64,000 nucleotides of DNA from Anthoceros angustus (taxonomy: Eukaryota; Plantae; Anthocerotophyta). Under the pieces are notes generated by a model, which worked only from the letters and a program-made list of their open reading frames with translations, searched no databases and was not told where the DNA came from. Where the stretch lies: contig VJWM01000068.1 in NCBI GenBank assembly GCA_010909165.1, positions 1,364,001-1,428,000 of the forward strand. The letters run 5' to 3'. Each line of letters opens with the position of its first letter. Within the stretch, counting starts at the first letter, position 1. This document shows, one piece after another, positions 40,359 through 51,700 of this stretch. The translations under genes and the position numbers were made by a program.

Positions 40359-42380
40359 TAGGAGGGGAGGATGGAGGGGGAGGAACTTCAGCTACCGGGA
40401 TAGAGATAGTAGCTAGGACAGCATCCTGTAAAGGAATGTTAGGCGCTCCAGGTTCGTCTATGGGAGGGACAAGGTCCATACCATGAAATTTGCCCCTAGC
40501 CTTTCCTTTTCGTTGAACAAGAGTCCACTCATTCGCCCTGTGTGGAGAACCTTCCTAACCTAACTGTAGAGAGAAAGCTGTGTGGTCCGTAGAGGAGCAC
40601 CCAGTGCTTGCAACAGTGACAGCAGGCGCCTCCACAACAGAGGTTTTCAAAGATGCTGCAGCAGAGGAGCCCTGTGACTTGCTGGGGCTTTTGACAATTA
40701 GCCTCCACATTTTGCCTTCATTCTTGTGGGCAAACTTCCCGCTGCTTCCTTCAGCATGAGATGCAGGTACATCAGACATGGGTACCTTAATGGGGATTGG
40801 TCGAGTCTTGACAACTTGAGTGCCGGGTATCAAAATCTTGGGAGGATTGCCACTCCAACCAAGCTGAGAGGTAAGAGCTTTCGCCAAATTCGTATGTTGA
40901 AGGAGATAGCTCCTTTACCCTTCACCACATCCTGTACAGATTGCCTGAAAAGGTCCTCACAATACCAGGCAGTTTTTGCAGGTTCCCCAAAGTCCAATTC
41001 TTCATCAACTTCGAACATGAAACAGAAGAAGATCGATGCTGCAAAGTCATCACTACGGTGCAGAATGGTGTAAGCACCAGTTGCCTTCAGCTTTCCTTGC
41101 TCGTTAGCTTCATAGGCCAATAGAAATTCTTCCTTAAGAATGGTGAGGAGCCTTGTTTCTGCTGCCTGCCACATACCCATAGTACAAAGTTCTTGTGCTG
41201 GATCCGGGCGGAAGACCATAGAGGGGATGGAAACTGCCTTGCTTGCCTTTCCTCTTGAGGACGAGACTGATGCGGAGAGTTGTGGTGTCTGCAACTTGTT
41301 CTTCGAAGAGGTTGGCGCTCCACCTGCAGCATAGTTGGTTTTGAGTAGTATTGTTTGCTAACCTCTGCGGGCGTGGCACATGGAATCCTAGTGCAGACAA
41401 CAAATTCTCGGCGAGGGGTCTTCCAGTACGTTGCCATGCGACAAAAGGGCAAGACCCTTGCAGGTGATCAGCTCTGCCACATTTGTGGCAACGGGTAGGT
41501 ATATCCGGGTAATAAAAGAGCTGTGAGAGTGTCACATCCGGATAGGTAGGTGACTCTATGATTGCACCTGCAGGCAAATCAAGAACAGATGTGACCTTCA
41601 CCCCAAAGCGAGGTGTAACTCCCTTCCACATCTCCTCTAGCTTGGTGGAGCAAGTGAAGACTTCTCCAACAGCTTGAGCGATGTCTTCTGCCATCTCGAA
41701 AAGATCCGGGGTGAGTCCAGGGAGTTCTACCCAAACAAATCGTTTCTTGAATTACAGATTCTACTGAGTCCCCCATTCAGTTCGGTGACAAGGGCATTGT
41801 CCTTGAATTTTGCAGCCTTGACAATGAGGGTTTCCACTTGCATTCGGGTACCCAGCTTCACCTGGAAACTTCCGCCCTGCTTGATAAGGGTACAGGCGGG
41901 AGGGTCCCCAGTCACCTCTTGTACATACAAAGAGACCTCCTGCAAGGACGGAATGGGTCCTGAAACTTTGCCCAGGACAACCAGAGAAGAGAGCAACTGG
42001 TGCTGATTCTCAAGGTAGTTAGGTCGGGCAACCACCTTCCTGAATGCGGTCATGGGGATAAGCTTTTCCTGACGAGTCTGCACATCGCCGGAACCCACTG
42101 CCAGAGCAGCTTTCCAATTGCCGGTACGAGACACGGGTTCTTCAAAAGCCAGTGACCTGGGCGCGAGGGGGGAGGGGGGTTGTCCGGCTTGCACCCCGCC
42201 GCGAGAGTCTGACGTGCCATGTCCCGAATCCTGCTCCACTAACAGCGTGGTAGCCTGTGAGGTACCACCAATCGCATTCACCTTGACCGTGCTTTTGGTG
42301 CCACCCGGAGGGGGCACGGAGCTTGCTCTACCATCATCCTCATTGCGACCACCGGCGTTGCCGCTAGCCGCTCCCGCCAT
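40359..42380 (-). pseudogene. LINE ORF1 5' part (gag-like, zinc knuckle), interrupted by stops/shifts
   Basis: ORFs 41727-42380, 41134-41694, 40830-41294 and 40555-40887 join into one degenerate reading. Motifs RCHKCGRADHLQGSC and NEWTLVQRKGK. Confidence 0.75.
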
Positions 42381-43954
42381 TTTCTCCCTCTAAGATAGCA
42401 GCGTATTTTGGACAAAGGGTTGGCAGCCTTTTTACCCTTTCGTCTTCCTAGAAGCACCGAACAGGCTGGGCGGGTTGTTGACAGGGATGATAGCTGCAAG
42501 GATGGTAAACAAAACAAAAAGCGTATACTATGTACTACCATAAGTTTTAAGATAACTTTGCTAGTAGTTGTAACAGGTTATTTGGAATATTATCTTTAGA
42601 TAATTAACATATAAATTCAAAAAATCTAGATAATAAATAATTAATAAATAATATGGATAAAATTACAAAAATAATATGTTGATGATCTAACTAATTTTCA
42701 ATGCTTTAACCGCAAGATCTACTTGAAGTTGTCTTCAATTGCATTCTTGTCATATCCAATAAACACATTTTCTAAAATAATTTGACATATCTAACAATAC
42801 ATAATATCCTTCGTATACAATAAATGAATGGGGAGGGTCTCCCGCTTTTCCCGATGGTGACTTCCTTTCAACAGCAGGTATCCGTCGCCCTGCAGAAAAC
42901 GTTGCAACGTTGTTTACAAGATAGCAACAAGCAGTAGATGTCGACACCAGTTGTAGGTGGGCCTTTCTTCATCTCAGACCACGACATAATTGGGGCGGCA
43001 GGTAGCTTGGGGATGACATTCGTGGGGGCTAGCCCCCTTGGCTCTTGGTGCTTTAGTGGGTTGTCCCCTCTTGCTTTCGGGGTAGATGGGTTTTCCCATC
43101 TCTTCTACCATCATTACCATGTACAATGTTACGTGAAGTGATATATAGTACATCTCACTCAAGAATGAGTACGTACTTCCCTAATGTACGTGGCTAATGT
43201 CTTTGGTCTCATAATCTAGTAGTTAGGACATTGGACTTTGAATTGAGTTCAAATCTGGATGGGACCCTCCAGATTTGTATAAGCCTTAGTGTGCGATGAA
43301 CTAATTTGTTATCTCTTTTCTCAAACTTCATATAATGCTTAAGTTTTTTTAATATTAATTTAAATAAAATATAATTTAGAATGTACCTTGTAACATCTTT
43401 TCTTCGAAAATAATTTTCTACATCATTAAGAAAACAATTTCTCTTAATAGACTTCAATAAATTTTCTCTTCTTATTATTTCAACAGAGAAATTCAAGATA
43501 CTTTATTTACATTTTATTTATAGCTTCTTGCCTTCAGCTTGTTGTTGATGGATTACATAGCCGTGATCGAGAGGTTGAGGCTTGAGACCAAATTCTGCGA
43601 AATACTTATGGCTTATATGCCACACACCCTATGCGGAGTAGCCGTATCACATAAACAAAGAGGCAAACTAACATTTATGTACACAGGGTGAACGGGAGAT
43701 GTACTTGCTCACCTATAGTTTCCTATGGGCACCCCAAGCGAAATATCCAAGGGCCATATAAAACTCTTCCATACATCAAAGAATAATCCAACCCTCTCTA
43801 CACATGGCATGCTTGCTTCTTAAAACCAACCTTGGGTTGGAAAGAGGGTTTCCAATAATTTCTTCTTGAACTTCATATTTGTGACTTGCTTTTAGCAAAA
43901 GGGTAGCCTCTCAACCCCATTTTAATGTTGTATGGCATGAATCCATTATGAATA

Positions 43955-43990
43955 ATATATATATATATATAAGTTATATATATATATATT
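43955..43990. repeat. (TA)n microsatellite, interrupted
   Basis: Two TA runs separated by AAGT. Confidence 0.8.
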
Positions 43991-44140
43991 TGAATAAATA
44001 CTCGCTATATATTACGATACTTGAATGGATTCAATTCAAATTCCAGTCAGTATCACGCATAATAACTTGCATGGAGTAGCATCCACCTATCTAAAGGAGA
44101 CTGAATTGAGGAACCAAAACGTGCACATATAGTGTACATA

Positions 44141-44672
44141 CGGTCCACCCCCCTAATTGGGACTGGTTCGGAGTGCCTTTAGAGGTCCCATTAAGGGAGG
44201 TGTCCCGATTACATTTTCCCTATTTAAAAATAATAAGAATATTATAAATTATAAATTATAAATTAAAAATACCCAAAAAAAAAGAAAATTTAAATTTTGA
44301 TTGATAGGTCTCACTAAAAATAACTTTTACCACTGCTCTATATAGTTGTTTGAAAGCTAGCACTCTCTTTAAACAGCATTAAAAAACCTCTACCTATCGT
44401 AAAGGAAAAAGCTTAGCTTAGGAGTCTTCAATCACACCTAAAAGTCTATTATGCTATGAAATAATCGATTTTGTTTAATATTTTTAATAAAAATTGAAAA
44501 TATCATTTAGGGAGGTGAAATTAACATGAATGTATGTTTCAAATGGTCCCATTATCATTTAGAGAAAAGTCCTATTATTTACACTGTAAACTTAAGGGAG
44601 TAGGATGGGAGGTCCCATTTAGAGAGGAATCCCATTTATAGAGTTCCCAATTGGGGGGGGGGTGGCCGACTG
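44141..44672. mobile_element. Non-autonomous Tc1/mariner (pogo-like) MITE, copy B
   Basis: CGGTCCACCCCCCTAATTGGGAC ... GTTCCCAATTGGGGGGGGGGTGGCCGACTG, with TA at 44139-44140 and 44673-44674. Colinear with copy A at 14-544, with scattered substitutions and indels. Confidence 0.88.
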
Positions 44673-44684
44673 TAGATAGGTGAG

Positions 44685-45777
44685 TCATTGTTGGGCGAAA
44701 ATCTTTTTGAAACTCCATCCCTTCTTGATGGTGTAGCCCCCATCAAGGACAATGGTGTGGCCGCTAATGTAAGCGGACTCGTCTGAGGCGAGAAAGAGTG
44801 CCGCCTCCGCCACATCGCTGGCTGTCAAAGGGGGGCCCTTGTAGTCCCAGCACTCAGCCAGCTTCGCCTCCAGCTCCTTCATGCTCAGCTCCGGGTTCAC
44901 CTGCGCCCTCAAGTACTTGAGCAGCAGCGGCGAGGCCAGCGTCATGGGCGCGATCCCGTTAACCCGGATCCCGAACCTGCACACCATTTCTCGGAAACAA
45001 ACCTCGGGAGCTGATTCCGAGCGCGTGCAGAAGGAAAGGAGGAGGCTATAGCTACGAGATAGGAGTCGGCCGAGTCCCTCACTCACCTGTCAAGATCTCC
45101 AGCAGCAAACTTCACCAGTCCCGTCACCGCGGCCTTGCTCACCGCGTAGCTGATGTTGCCGGGCATGGCCATGAGAGCGGCCACGCTCGCCATGCAGATG
45201 ATGGAGCCTCGGCGGGCCGGGATCATGGCCCGCGCCGCGTGCTTCACTCCCAACACGCTCCCCCGCGCGTTCGAGGCCCACACTCTGTCGAACACGTCGG
45301 CCTCCAGGGTGTGGATGCTGTGGAAGCTCCCCGACACCCCGGCGATGTTGAGCAGCACGTCCAGCCCTCCGTAGGTGGAAACCGCGGCCTCCACCGCGGC
45401 CTCGATCTGCCTCTCCTCCGTCACATCACATCTCACAAATTTGGCGCTGCCGATCTCGGCTGCCACCTGCTCTCCCAGCTGGTCCTTGATGTCGGCGATA
45501 ACAACCTTGGCTCCGTGGAGCGCGAACAGTCTGGCCGTGGCTTCCCCTATCCCGCTCGCTCCTCCGGTGACGAGAGCTACTTTCCCTTCCAGCCTGGAGG
45601 CGGTGAGACGGTGAACAATCCGACAGTTTTTGATCAGTGCTTGAAATCAATCGCACTTTCAGCACCGGTGCACACATTTCATGGAGGAATCGCACAAATT
45701 CAGTGAAACAATCTACCTTCTGGCTCGGAAAGAAGGAGAGTCCTCGATCCTGTCGGACACCTGGTCAGCTTTGGCAT
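44685..45777 (-). CDS. Short-chain dehydrogenase/reductase (ABA2/TS2/secoisolariciresinol-dehydrogenase-like family), 3 exons
   Basis: Exon 2 (45593-45087): LEGKVALVTGGASGIGEATARLF, RCDVTEE, LNIAGV, GSIICMASVA, catalytic YAVSK. Exon 3 (44976-44685): GIRVNGIAP, DVAEAALFLASDESAYISGHTIVLDGG. The short exon 1 (45777-45761, MPKLTR) is inferred from splice phase. Confidence 0.9.
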
Positions 45778-46261
45778 CAGGAGTTTCCACGATAGCCGTG
45801 CTTGGAAAATGCCGCAGCGGGGAATGAGCCGATCCAATTCCCTTGCAATTCCTGCCAGATTGTACTCCAGGTCTAAGCAGATGCCGCAGGCTCGCCATAC
45901 CGCATGCCCTTCGATCCCACGCCTTTTCCCTTGTAGATTGCACTCCTCTTTGGCTGCAAGGGAGCCCTGCCATTTCAAGGTTGTGAGCTCAGAGGATGGG
46001 CCCCGGTGAGACGCTATCCGCCGTGCGCGTCTCTTGAGTCGTGATCTCGTCATCTCGGGGGCCAAGTGCGCGAGCTTTGCCTTTCGTCCGGGATATGGCG
46101 GCCTTAGGACGAGTTCCTCATTAACGCTTCATGTGACTCGCGTCAGCCAGCATGTGTCCTGCGAGGAAGTTCGAACCCGAGGTTCCCATCCTGGGTTTCC
46201 TTCCCTGCAGGGTTTAAGGTTTGGGTAGCAAGAACATTTTTTTCGGCTGGGGCTTTGGCAG

Positions 46262-47908
46262 ATGGAGGCGCCCTTCAAGGCGGATTCCAAGGGCAGGAGG
46301 TCCTTCCTCTTCCTGCTGGGCCAGACGGTCCTGGCAATCCACCAGGTGCTCATTTCTTTCCCCGGGCTGGGGTTTGCACCGTCTTCGTCAAACAGGTGCC
46401 TGACCACGGAGGAGGAGGAGGATGCTGGGGCTGTGCTGGTGGCCATCTCCTCCATCATGTCCAGCATGTCCACCATCTCCGTCTCCAATTCACTGGAACT
46501 GGACGCAGGGTGGTGGGTGAAGCCGCGCCCTGTTTCATTCTACCAGTACAATTTTCTGTGTGACATCCACGACCAGGGCAGGTGGCTTGAAATGCTAGGT
46601 GTGTCCAGAAGCACATTCGACTTGATTTGTGACAAGTTGCAGCCGGTGATTTTCAAGCAGAACACTAACTGGAGGCTAGCTGTGTCGGTGGACTGCCGAG
46701 TGGCTATCACGCTCTACAGGCTTGTCAGGGATGCAACCTTGACGGACATCAGTGACAAGTTTGGGATCGGGAAATCGTCGGCTCTCAGAATTGTCAAGGA
46801 TACTGTTAGGGCCATCAACCAGGTGTTCGGGAGATGCATCAGGTGGCCTAAAGGGCAGGCAATGCAGAAGGTGGTCGCTGGGTTTCGGGCTGCTTCTGGC
46901 TTGCCCAATTGCTCTGGAGTGATTGACACGGTCCATGTGTATATTATCAGGCCTAGTGAGCCGGGGTCCACAGATTACCTCAACAGTAGGCAGACTTTTT
47001 CGATCAAGATGCAGGCCGTTTGCGACTCCAATCACAGGTTCACTGACGTATTTGTAGGGTATCCAGGTTCGGTGCCCGATAGTACCATACTGCGCAACTC
47101 TGGCTTGTATGAGAAGGCGTTGGATGGGGAAATACTCAGCTCTGATGCTTCCTCCTCCTCCACCGTGGTTTCTGCGCATTCTTCTACCTGTGACGCAATA
47201 GGAAGTGAGCAAGATTTCGGGGCTCTGGATTTTGATAGCACGGCCAGAGCTATGGACTCGGATGACGTCTCCAACATAGATGACACGTCCATGACTGCCC
47301 TGCTGAATGCTGTTGTGCATGAGACTAGTGCTCGCTCCATGAGGAGCAGCCATGTCACCGGACAGGCGTCAGGTATCATCAACTCCATTCATGGCATTGC
47401 GTCGTCTTTCCTCAACACCATACATGCCGGCGACGCTTCATCAGCTGTCGTGTTTCCTCTGGCCCAGTACCCCCTATCGGGCTCCCAAGTTCCTCCCTAC
47501 ATAGTCGGAGATTCAGCATACCCCTTGCTGCCCTGGCTCATGGTGCCCTACTCCAGTGATGTCGACAAGAGTGATGTTGTGCCCTCACTACCTGGAACAC
47601 AAGCTGTTTTCAACCGGAAGCTTGCTAGGGCACGAATGTTCATGACAGAGACCCTGGCTATCCTCAAGAAGAGTTTCCCATTGGTTGGAGTCACTGTGAA
47701 CAACAGACTAGATTTCATACCAGAACTAGTGTATGCCTGCTGCATTCTGCACAACATAAGAGTTCACTTCAAGGACATCGATGTGGCAGGGATGCAGCAA
47801 GAGATAGGGCCCACGGATGACGATGATCCAACAGAAGAAGCTGCGGCACCACCTGGGGAAGGAAGGGAAGATGGCGGGGAAGAGGTCAGGAAGCTACTCG
47901 TAGAGTGA
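46262..47908 (+). CDS. ALP1/HARBI1-like Harbinger-transposase-derived protein (548 aa open frame)
   Basis: WWVKPR, LGVSRSTFDLIC, RVAITLYRL, GLPNCSGVIDTVH, SIKMQAVCD..RFTDVFVGYPGSVPDS, YIVGDSAYPLLPWLMVPY, FNRKLARAR, ACCILHNI. Intact single ORF between host genes; no TIR or TSD seen. Confidence 0.88.
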   Translation: MEAPFKADSKGRRSFLFLLGQTVLAIHQVLISFPGLGFAPSSSNRCLTTEEEEDAGAVLVAISSIMSSMSTISVSNSLELDAGWWVKPRPVSFYQYNFLCDIHDQGRWLEMLGVSRSTFDLICDKLQPVIFKQNTNWRLAVSVDCRVAITLYRLVRDATLTDISDKFGIGKSSALRIVKDTVRAINQVFGRCIRWPKGQAMQKVVAGFRAASGLPNCSGVIDTVHVYIIRPSEPGSTDYLNSRQTFSIKMQAVCDSNHRFTDVFVGYPGSVPDSTILRNSGLYEKALDGEILSSDASSSSTVVSAHSSTCDAIGSEQDFGALDFDSTARAMDSDDVSNIDDTSMTALLNAVVHETSARSMRSSHVTGQASGIINSIHGIASSFLNTIHAGDASSAVVFPLAQYPLSGSQVPPYIVGDSAYPLLPWLMVPYSSDVDKSDVVPSLPGTQAVFNRKLARARMFMTETLAILKKSFPLVGVTVNNRLDFIPELVYACCILHNIRVHFKDIDVAGMQQEIGPTDDDDPTEEAAAPPGEGREDGGEEVRKLLVE

Positions 47909-48735
47909 CTTGGTATTGTTCTAAAAGACTTCCAAGAGTCCGAACCCACCAGCGCGTCACCCCGCAATGCACAACGTCCTTCACCCACAACAATCACCAC
48001 TAACAAAAGTAGTCTACCACTCATCAGGTGTGTGACACAAGAGGGAGTCATTCGTGATCCAAGCAACCCCAGGCTCGTCTCTTGTTAGCTTTTACGTACG
48101 TCGATCGAAAAGGGATCTTCTGCTGAGGTAACGGTGGAATGTGGGTGACGTCTGTTTGCAGGCAGCACCGGAATTTTCTCTGTGTAGGTTTCTTATTGAT
48201 CACGCAGCTGCTTTGTATGATCTACAAAGCAGCTGCGCGAGTATAGAGACAGCAGGGTGGACTATGTTCTGGTGAAAAGTGGCAGGCCCATATTATCTCG
48301 ACACTTGGCACGAGGGATGCTGGAGTCGGGCTCCGCTCAACCCTGACACCTGTTTCCAGCAGAAGCCTGCGTCGGAACCCAGCAATCACACGAGGGCTGC
48401 GCATTGAATATCCTTTATTCCTCTCGCACCTGCGTGTCTGCAATCTTCTCCTTCGACGGGCTGGATTCTGTTGCGAAGCACCGGGTCCCTATTGTTTCGG
48501 GGCGAGAAGCCACAGTGTTGCGTTTACGTGGGAAAGAGACCCACGTAGCCGTATTTTGTCCACTGGTCTTGTTCTGAGCACTTGTATATGCAAGTCTATG
48601 CTACAGACGTGTTCCGGTGATGGCGTGATCTTCCTGGATGTCGGATACTGGAACTGAGCGTGGACTTTAAGCGTCCAATGATGTGAATGCCCTGGAGTCG
48701 TAGCTCCTTTAGGCAGCTCGGCTTCCTCGGGTGTT

Positions 48736-51700
48736 ATGGCGGACAATTCTGACGAAAAATTGCTGGACTCGGGTCCAAGTTCTTCGGCCATGCCCGTGTC
48801 GCCTTCCACAGGTGGCACGGGTGAGGATTCGGTGCACAGCGCCACACCAGATTCTGCGCCTTCGAGTCCTGCTGCTCTGAATTCCCCGTCGACCTCTGGG
48901 GAGAAGCAGCTCCCAGGCGGTGAGAAATTGTCGTTCAGTCCGTCTCCACCAAAGTCTTCTTCTGCATCCGGTTCAGACTTTGGGAATGAGGATCTTGCTG
49001 GCGGCAGCCAGTCATTTTCTTCTCCAATGTTTGCGAAATATCGTCCTGTGACCAAGAGCCCTTCGGATGGAGCGGAAGTGCGATGGTACTTCTCCAAAGC
49101 TCGCCTAGACCGTAATGGTACTTCCGCTTCCTTTCTCTTGTGATTGCAGTAGTTTAGACAGGCCACGACAGGTGCTCGTTTCTGCGCATTTCCTTTGCGC
49201 GGTGACATTGCCAAATTTAGGTTAACTCATAGACCACTAAAATCTTTGGGCTGGAGAAGAGGAGGTTGCAGAGCTCAGTGTTCTGCATCTCTGTTTCAAG
49301 GTAATTTGATATGTTGTAAGCAGCTGCATAGTAGACAGATTCGGAATTTTGAGCTGGTAGCATGGCAGTTTGCTTTAGTGACTGAGCAATTTTCTGTTCT
49401 GGTTTCTCGAGTTTGTTGCCTGGACGTCACTTTGCTGAGCAGAAAGGGACTATCTAGGTGACATGAGTGTCAGAGGTCTTCGGGCTCTGTCTTTCTAGGC
49501 GAGCTACATTTTGACCACTTCCTTTTCTGTCTGGTTCTGTCAGTCAAGTTTGGGATATGATGGAATGATGTATGATGGGGATAGGGTCTGGGTTGCAGAC
49601 GTTGCAGCGAAAGTGCCAGCAACAGACGTAGTGGGGAAAGCAGAGTATTTGCGTTTCAGCAAGCGTGATTCTCTATCCCTTGAGGCAGCTTTCCTCCAGG
49701 TTAGTTTTTCAAGATGACTTCCTCGGCAGTTTTCAAACTTTTGATTTGTGCTTCCTCTTGCACAATTTGTGTGAAGCTATTGTGCGAAACGATACTGGAC
49801 CTTAGATTCTCAACCGTGCAATGTGCTCATGTTGATGATGCACATATTTTAGCGGGAGGAAGAGCTGGTGTCAGCATGGTGGAAGGAATATGCGGAATGT
49901 AGTGAAGGTCCCTCTGCTTCTGGTGTACCATCACATGTGGAAGGCCCTGGAGATGTTTCGCCCCCTGCTGAATCTTCTGAGAGGTCCCTTTCTTATGGCC
50001 ATGGAAAAGATTCCTTTTCATCCAAACGCGAAGGTCTACTACAAGATGAAGAGGAGAATGTGGGAGTGATGGTCAAAGGTGGACTCCATGAGGTAGACTG
50101 TTCTAGGAACAAAACACCAATATTGTTATTCAGTGTAGGTCGGATTTCTCCTCTGGTGGAGCGGATGACTAAGAAACTGGGTACAGGAGCTGATGACTTT
50201 GGCCGGCTTTGGTTCTATGCATTTGAGAGTTGGCTATATTCTCGTCAAATGTAGCATGATGGTGAAACCCATGTTCCAACAGGTTGACTTACTCAAGAGG
50301 CGATGTAAACCAGTGTACTGGAGGGGAGACAACATGCGCGTGCTGCGAGGGCATTGGTTTGCTCGTAGGACTGGACTTGATTGGTTGCCACTGCGCGAAG
50401 ATGTAGCTGAGCAGCTTGAGTCTGCCTATGCAAGCCAGGTGAATCCTGCGCTGACACCTCACCTAACTCCATTTACTAAATGAAAGGCGTTCACCTAGAT
50501 TTAGGATCATTGTTGTCCATTCTGAAGGAGCTTCCAGATGGTTTTCTTCAACAGGTGTGGCGAAGGCGGTCTTACCAACCTTCAGGGCAGTTTGCTGCTC
50601 GGGTGAACCTAAAAAGTTCAACACAGGTCTGTCTCTCAGGGTTTCGTTTTGGATCTCCACGTCCCACTGAACAGTCTAGTGCTGAAATGAAGAAGAAAGG
50701 TCATTTATGGAACCGAGTGGGATTCAATAGCTGCGTGAAGTGCTTGCTAGAAGCTTTTATTTATTTTTTTGATATCTCCTGCAGGGACTCCATGCTCTGT
50801 TTTTTGGAGAGGATGATACTTGGGAAGCTGTGCTGTCTATTGATGCTACTCGTGTGGCTTCTGTCCTGGGAATACGGGGGACTGGGTTCAAACTGCGGCG
50901 TGGATTTTCACCTTCAGAAGCTGCTCAGCCTAGTCAGGTACTCACTGATGTACAGAATACTGGCCATCCTAACCCTTTGTACTGATAGTGGGACCATGCA
51001 GTGTTTCGTTGTAGTATGTGTGGGTATCTGGTGTAGAAATGCTGTATCTACGTCTCCTCACATCTCAAATTCCTACATATGGCTGCCTGTATTTGTTGCT
51101 TCCTGACCTGACACCAGCAACTAGCCTCCCTTTCTGGATACTGTGAAAGACATTTAAATCTCAAACTTGAACGTTTCCTATCTGCAGGAGGAGCAGGCTC
51201 AGCGTAAAGAGGAGGATATGGATGATTACTGCTCAGAGGTTTGTCAGCTCTCCCTAAATTTTTTCCTTGTCCTTCTGATTGCACAGTGGCACTAAGCGTG
51301 GTCGCATGCCATGTAATGCATTGTATTCACAAAACAGCTGTAAACTGGATCAATGCTGTCATGTACGAAACTATGCAGGTTCCTGTTCAACATGTTGTAT
51401 TTATGGTGCATGGCATTGGTCAAAGACTAGAAAAGGCCAACCTTGTAGATGACGTGGGCACATTTCGAAGAACTGCAGCTGCCATGGCAGAACAACATCT
51501 TACTGTGCACCAGCGAAATGCCCAGCGGGTCCTGTTTATACCTTGCCAGGTAACTTCTGTCGTAGACTTTCCTTATACAGATGGTGTAGTTTTGTCTGTA
51601 GGTTACGTGTTGAAAAAAGATATATCTGAGATCTGTGACCTCTCTGCAGTGGAGGAGGGAGTTGAAGTTGCGTGGTGAAACTGCAGTGGAGAATTGTACC

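Larger units (their letters stand above)
35694..42392 (-). mobile_element. L1-type LINE, both ends present with 17-bp TSD; internally inverted and lacking the RT core
   Basis: TSD AGATAGCAGCGTATTTT at 35677-35693 and 42393-42409. ORF1 ATG lies 12 nt inside the 5' end (42380); the 3' end is A-rich. ORF1 has a CCHC knuckle (CHKCGRADHLQGSC). Also present: an APE endonuclease, the post-RT KYLGIPL motif and a C-terminal Cys/His zinc-binding region. Confidence 0.92.

Noticed and set aside
42750-42947. CLE-like small peptide (RKSPSGKAGDPPH)
   Set aside because: It does not fit the 12-residue CLE motif spacing, and there is no signal peptide or clear start.
43250-43280. Helitron 3' hairpin (AAATCTGGA...TCCAGATTT)
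   Set aside because: The nearest CTAG is too distant and not followed by T; no 5' TC end or second copy seen.
46140-46200. tRNA B-box-like GTTCGAACCC
   Set aside because: No cloverleaf, A-box or acceptor stem can be formed around it.
46676-47353. 225-aa minus-strand ORF; also 48489-49214 (241 aa) and 37794-38030 (start of the + ORF)
   Set aside because: Antisense shadows of real coding sequence (ALP1-like, SGR2 exon 1, LINE ORF2).
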